Position numbers and translations under genes: made by a program
In this document: one piece after another, positions 60,472-64,000 of the stretch
Position numbering within the stretch: the stretch's first letter is position 1
How the letters are laid out: the number at the start of each line of letters is the position of its first letter
Notes under the pieces: model-generated
What the model was told of the DNA's origin: nothing
The model's input: the letters and a program-made list of their open reading frames with translations, nothing else
Databases searched by the model: none
Assembly: GCA_963836185.1 (NCBI GenBank)
Contig: CAWIIQ010000004.1
Span: forward strand, 1 to 64,000
Reading direction: 5' to 3'
DNA from: Candidatus Krumholzibacteriia bacterium
Lineage (GTDB): Bacteria; Krumholzibacteriota; Krumholzibacteriia; Krumholzibacteriales; Krumholzibacteriaceae
DNA length: 64,000 nucleotides

Positions 60472-60966
60472 ATGGCAAATAAATCAGCATTGATCATTGT
60501 CCTGTTAATCTGTACGAGCCTGTTTGTCAATTCTTGTGAGGATTCACAAACCCCGGGCGGATGCCCTACCTATACGCATATTGTTGATGATGTGCTCTTC
60601 CTGCACGTCGACTACGACTCGGTAACACTATATTTTGCCGCGGATGAACATTACAGTGCACCGATCAGTTGCGTGACTGAAATCCATGAAGAGTTGATTG
60701 ATTCATTGATTGTGATCATTCATGGATATGGACAGTCGAGTAAGCCTGAACCTGATCCGTATCTTGATTATGTCTGGGATTCGGATACTCTGGCTATCTG
60801 GTACTCTGGCAATCCGACAGGTCTGGAACCGATCATGGATAAAATCAGGCCGATCGACGGCTCGACACCATGCATACCGGCAAACTATAAAATCGACTAT
60901 ATCATTATAAGGCACTCTGATGATCTTGTGGTGGATGTCGATTGTACGGTCAGGACAATTTACTGA
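60472..60966 (+). CDS. Hypothetical lipoprotein (AT-richer than flanks)
   Basis: Signal peptide with FVNSC lipobox-like end; extended -10 TGGTATTATAAT at 60403-60414. Confidence 0.65.
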   Translation: MANKSALIIVLLICTSLFVNSCEDSQTPGGCPTYTHIVDDVLFLHVDYDSVTLYFAADEHYSAPISCVTEIHEELIDSLIVIIHGYGQSSKPEPDPYLDYVWDSDTLAIWYSGNPTGLEPIMDKIRPIDGSTPCIPANYKIDYIIIRHSDDLVVDVDCTVRTIY

Positions 60967-61013
60967 ACGGGGCCACTGTGCATAATTACTGTTATCCGCC
61001 TGGCCAGAGATGA

Positions 61014-61538
61014 ATGACAATGAAGTTGAACAATAAAAAATCCTTGATAGTTTCATGGATACTGCTGTTCCTGACATTATCCGCCTGCACGGAAGATTCA
61101 CCAGTCAATCCGAGCTACCCGGAGGGTGAACTGATCCTCGACTCGGTATCCGTTTACGTTGTACGTGGTGCTCATCCGTACTACGGCACTCCCGCTGGTC
61201 ACTTTTTCATGGACGTATATTTTCATTTACGTGGAGCCACCGGATCCATGTTTCGTGTCGAGCTTGCTCCATCTCCTCCAGGGACTGCCTCTATAGGTAT
61301 TGAGCATCCCGGCTACGCGCTTGGTGATCCTCTTCCCGTCGATACTCCATTTGAGCGGCACTACGAATTTTGGCTCGGATACGATTTCACAGACTGTGAC
61401 AGTATCGGGACATATTTTTCGGCAACGGTGAAATTCTGGGGCGAATATGAATCCCAGGTGCGTGACGAACCACTTTATATCCCCCTGGGAGAGGATAAAA
61501 AGTGGCTGGTCATGATGGTCGATGTGCGGGACGAATAG
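61014..61538 (+). CDS. Hypothetical lipoprotein (AT-richer than flanks)
   Basis: Lipobox LSAC followed by TEDSPVNP. Confidence 0.7.
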   Translation: MTMKLNNKKSLIVSWILLFLTLSACTEDSPVNPSYPEGELILDSVSVYVVRGAHPYYGTPAGHFFMDVYFHLRGATGSMFRVELAPSPPGTASIGIEHPGYALGDPLPVDTPFERHYEFWLGYDFTDCDSIGTYFSATVKFWGEYESQVRDEPLYIPLGEDKKWLVMMVDVRDE

Positions 61539-61578
61539 GATCATCGATCCTGGTGGACCGGTCTGGAGGTGAAAGATC

Positions 61579-61896
61579 ATGAGCGAGTTCAGGATAGTCC
61601 TTGTCACTGTTTCCGGGACGGAAGAGGCTGAACGCATTGCCAACCTGCTTATCGGCGCGGGACTGTCGCCGTGTGTGAACATCATCCCTTCCGTCATCTC
61701 CGTCTACCAGTGGAAGAACAAGATGAACAGGGACGAGGAGGCGCTGATGATCATCAAGACATCGGAGTCCGCGTTTGAAGAAGTCAGGGAACTGGTCGAG
61801 AAGAACCACTCATACGACGTACCCGAGATCATATCTGTCGAGATCTCGCAGCTCTCTCCCGCGTACGCTGCATTCCTGGGAGAATTTCTCAAGTAG
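61579..61896 (+). CDS. cutA: Divalent-cation tolerance protein CutA
   Basis: CVNIIPSVISVYQW, EALMIIKT, HSYDVPEII. Confidence 0.95.
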   Translation: MSEFRIVLVTVSGTEEAERIANLLIGAGLSPCVNIIPSVISVYQWKNKMNRDEEALMIIKTSESAFEEVRELVEKNHSYDVPEIISVEISQLSPAYAAFLGEFLK

Positions 61897-61941
61897 GAAG
61901 CAGTTCGGATATAGTCGGAAATCATCTTAATCCCCTTGCTG

Positions 61942-61968
61942 TGTAACAAATACTCCATTTTGCCCGTA
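61942..61968 (+). promoter_or_regulatory. ECF-sigma promoter candidate
   Basis: TGTAAC-N17-CGTA upstream of the esterase and serine hydrolase genes. Confidence 0.4.
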
Positions 61969-62039
61969 TCACTACCCGAAGCGACATTGCAGCATCCAGT
62001 CTCAGGGATGATCACGACTGGATCGGAGAAAGGATTTGA

Positions 62040-63299
62040 ATGTCACCAGCAACAACCCCTTCTTTTCGACAGGTAATAAGGACACTCTCTCTTCTGATTC
62101 TCACCTTGGTTATTTTCAATACTTTCATAAATCCAGTGGATGCACGTGCCGATGCCGGTGCTTTGAAACCAGGTGCACCTAATCCTCCGGAAACTATGAC
62201 CCTTGAATCATCGGTCCTGGGTGAGACGCGTCATGTGTATATCCAGCTGCCTGAGGGGTATGCTTTTTCGACGAAACACTATCCTGTGCTGGTCGTTCTG
62301 GATGGCGAATGGCTTTTCGAACTTGCACGTGCAAACGTGCGTTTCTTCTCCGAGTACGATGCGATGGACGTCGCCCTTCCACGGATGATCGTTGTCGGGA
62401 TAGAGAATACGGACCGGGACCGCGATTATGTTCCGACAAAAGATCCCAGTGACGATCCGGACTTCCCCACGGCCGGTGAGGCGGACCGGTTCGTGGAGTT
62501 CCTCTCCACAGAAGTTCTGCCTGTGGTTGACAGGGAATACCGAACTGTGGGAAGCAGAGCGGTTGTCGGTTGGTCGTTCAGTGGACTATTCGCCATGTAC
62601 TCTGCCTATACCGCACCGGACCTGTTCGATGCCTACCTGTGTATCGGTCCGGCAATATGGTGGGACGACGAGATGGTCGTGAAAGCCTTTCAGGATGTTT
62701 CGTTTGACAGGACGAAACGCATGGTTATAACCCTGGGATCAGGTGAGCAGGGAGGCCTGGTCCATACTGCCTCAACAAATTTTCTGAAGCAGACAGAGGA
62801 GCATCCTGTCGCAGGCTTGACGGTCTCACATCTGGAATTCGAGGGTGTAGGGCACAGCTGGGGGATGCCCTCAGCGATGGACAGGGGTATGCGCGAGCTG
62901 TTCTCAGGGTTCATAGCGCCCGACAGTGTATGTGGTAATTCGCAGGAAGCGATCGATGCGTACTACAGGGAGTTATCAGAAAGGTGGCATTTCAGGGTCC
63001 TTCCGCCTCCTCCGGTGATGCAGGGACTGGCACTTCGGCAGTGGTACGATGATGACAAGGCAGGGGGGCTGGCCACCATAGAAAGGCTGATCGAATATGA
63101 TCCCAATGACGCAAAGGCACATTTTTACAGGGGTGCTTTCCTGGCCCGCCAGGGACAAAAAGAGCAGGCACTGACCAGTTATAAAGAAGCGCTGGCCACG
63201 GAACTTCGCAGATCCGTACCCATAGGAATCAATGTTCTCCATTATCAGGGATACGTCGAAAGAACAGAGAAAGAGCTGGAAGAGGAATCCGGACAGTAG
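62040..63299 (+). CDS. Exported alpha/beta-hydrolase (IroE/Fes-like esterase) with C-terminal TPR
   Basis: YPVLVVLDG, MIVVGIENTDRDRDYVP, GWSFSG nucleophile elbow, TPR-like end. Confidence 0.87.
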   Translation: MSPATTPSFRQVIRTLSLLILTLVIFNTFINPVDARADAGALKPGAPNPPETMTLESSVLGETRHVYIQLPEGYAFSTKHYPVLVVLDGEWLFELARANVRFFSEYDAMDVALPRMIVVGIENTDRDRDYVPTKDPSDDPDFPTAGEADRFVEFLSTEVLPVVDREYRTVGSRAVVGWSFSGLFAMYSAYTAPDLFDAYLCIGPAIWWDDEMVVKAFQDVSFDRTKRMVITLGSGEQGGLVHTASTNFLKQTEEHPVAGLTVSHLEFEGVGHSWGMPSAMDRGMRELFSGFIAPDSVCGNSQEAIDAYYRELSERWHFRVLPPPPVMQGLALRQWYDDDKAGGLATIERLIEYDPNDAKAHFYRGAFLARQGQKEQALTSYKEALATELRRSVPIGINVLHYQGYVERTEKELEEESGQ

Positions 63300-63311
63300 A
63301 GGGGTAATTCA

Positions 63312-64000
63312 ATGGGCAGACGGATAGTGATTGCGTTACTTGTTGTCATTCTTGCCGCAGGTTCACTCCAGGCTGGAAGCAACACGGAAAAACGTATCGA
63401 GCGGGTCGAGAACGGCCTGTTCACGTCGGTGCTGATAACGGGTGAGCCGACATGGAACATCCTTGAGCGGATGGAACATTACGGTGTGCCTGGAATGAGC
63501 GTCGCTGTGATACACGACTTTCAGGTCGTGTGGACAAAGGCTTATGGCGTAAAGGATACCGAAACAGGGGACCTGGTCACTGAAAATACGATATTCCAGG
63601 CCGCGTCTATCAGCAAGCCGCTCAATGCCACCGCTGTCATGCGAAAGGTGCAAGACGGCGTGTTGTCACTCGACGAAGATGTGAACTCCTATCTGGAGTC
63701 ATGGAAACTTCCCGACAACGAATTTACCGCCGAACATAAAGTCACTGTAGCCAATCTTCTGAGCCATACAGGCGGAACGACCGTGGGAGGATTCCCAGGA
63801 TACAGGATGGGGACCCCGCTGCCGACAGTTCAGCAGATACTGAGCGGCGAAGCGCCTGCGAATACTCAGCCGATAGTCGTCGACATCGTGCCCGGGCAGA
63901 AATACCGCTATTCCGGGGGAGGCACGACGATACTGCAGCTTCTGCTGATCGAGCTGGAAGGCAAGCCGTATCCCGAGATAATGAAGGAAATGATCCTCGA
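63312..64000 (+). CDS. Serine hydrolase / class C beta-lactamase-like protein (partial, runs off window)
   Basis: My translation: signal peptide MGRRIVIALLVVILAAG, VPGMSVAVI, IFQAASISKP (SxxK), LLSHTGG, YRYSGGG. Confidence 0.92.
   Translation, partial: MGRRIVIALLVVILAAGSLQAGSNTEKRIERVENGLFTSVLITGEPTWNILERMEHYGVPGMSVAVIHDFQVVWTKAYGVKDTETGDLVTENTIFQAASISKPLNATAVMRKVQDGVLSLDEDVNSYLESWKLPDNEFTAEHKVTVANLLSHTGGTTVGGFPGYRMGTPLPTVQQILSGEAPANTQPIVVDIVPGQKYRYSGGGTTILQLLLIELEGKPYPEIMKEMIL

Noticed and set aside
60330-61580. Integron cassette array
   Set aside because: No attC-like RYYYAAC...GTTRRRY inverted structure between the genes and no integrase.
1-64000. CRISPR array, rRNA, transposase or prophage genes
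   Set aside because: No regularly spaced repeats or recognisable motifs for these were found.

Overview
This is a GC-rich, gene-dense chromosomal window from a diderm bacterium of the FCB superphylum. Gene content suggests Ca. Krumholzibacteriota or Latescibacterota; that placement is inference. Nearly all genes are on the + strand. (1) 1-11.5 kb is a cell-envelope cluster: the 3' end of a secreted protein with a T9SS-like C-terminal domain (CTD), a TonB-dependent receptor, a paralogous large CTD protein, a PorV/PorQ-family barrel, a GWxTD protein and exbB-exbD-exbD-tonB. (2) 11.7-23.4 kb holds a TolC/MacAB-type exporter, a second GWxTD protein, a peptide ABC importer and an NlpC/P60 peptidase. 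(3) A probably abundant outer-membrane barrel follows, behind a long structured leader. (4) A housekeeping run: rhomboid-TPR, radC, mreBCD, mrdA, rodA, pmbA, lgt, comF-like, fba, gap, pgk, tpiA, secG, tRNA-Leu(GAG). (5) A mixed region: DUF4446, rhomboid, a beta-helix protein ending in SWGxIK, amidohydrolase, DUF4097, DUF885-like, resB/ccsA, nitroreductase, a second peptide ABC operon with a membrane-anchored beta-CASP nuclease inside it, a PP-loop tRNA enzyme, NUDIX, cstA, pfkB, phosphoesterase, two AT-richer lipoprotein genes, cutA, an esterase and a serine hydrolase. Many genes, including essential ones, are broken by single-base indels that look like long-read errors. I saw no CRISPR array, rRNA or mobile element. 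The best candidates for undescribed biology are the receptor/CTD-cargo/PorV/GWxTD/TonB module, the SWGxIK C-terminal signal, the beta-CASP-in-ABC operon and two structured non-coding segments. All family calls come from motif recognition by eye; no searches were run.
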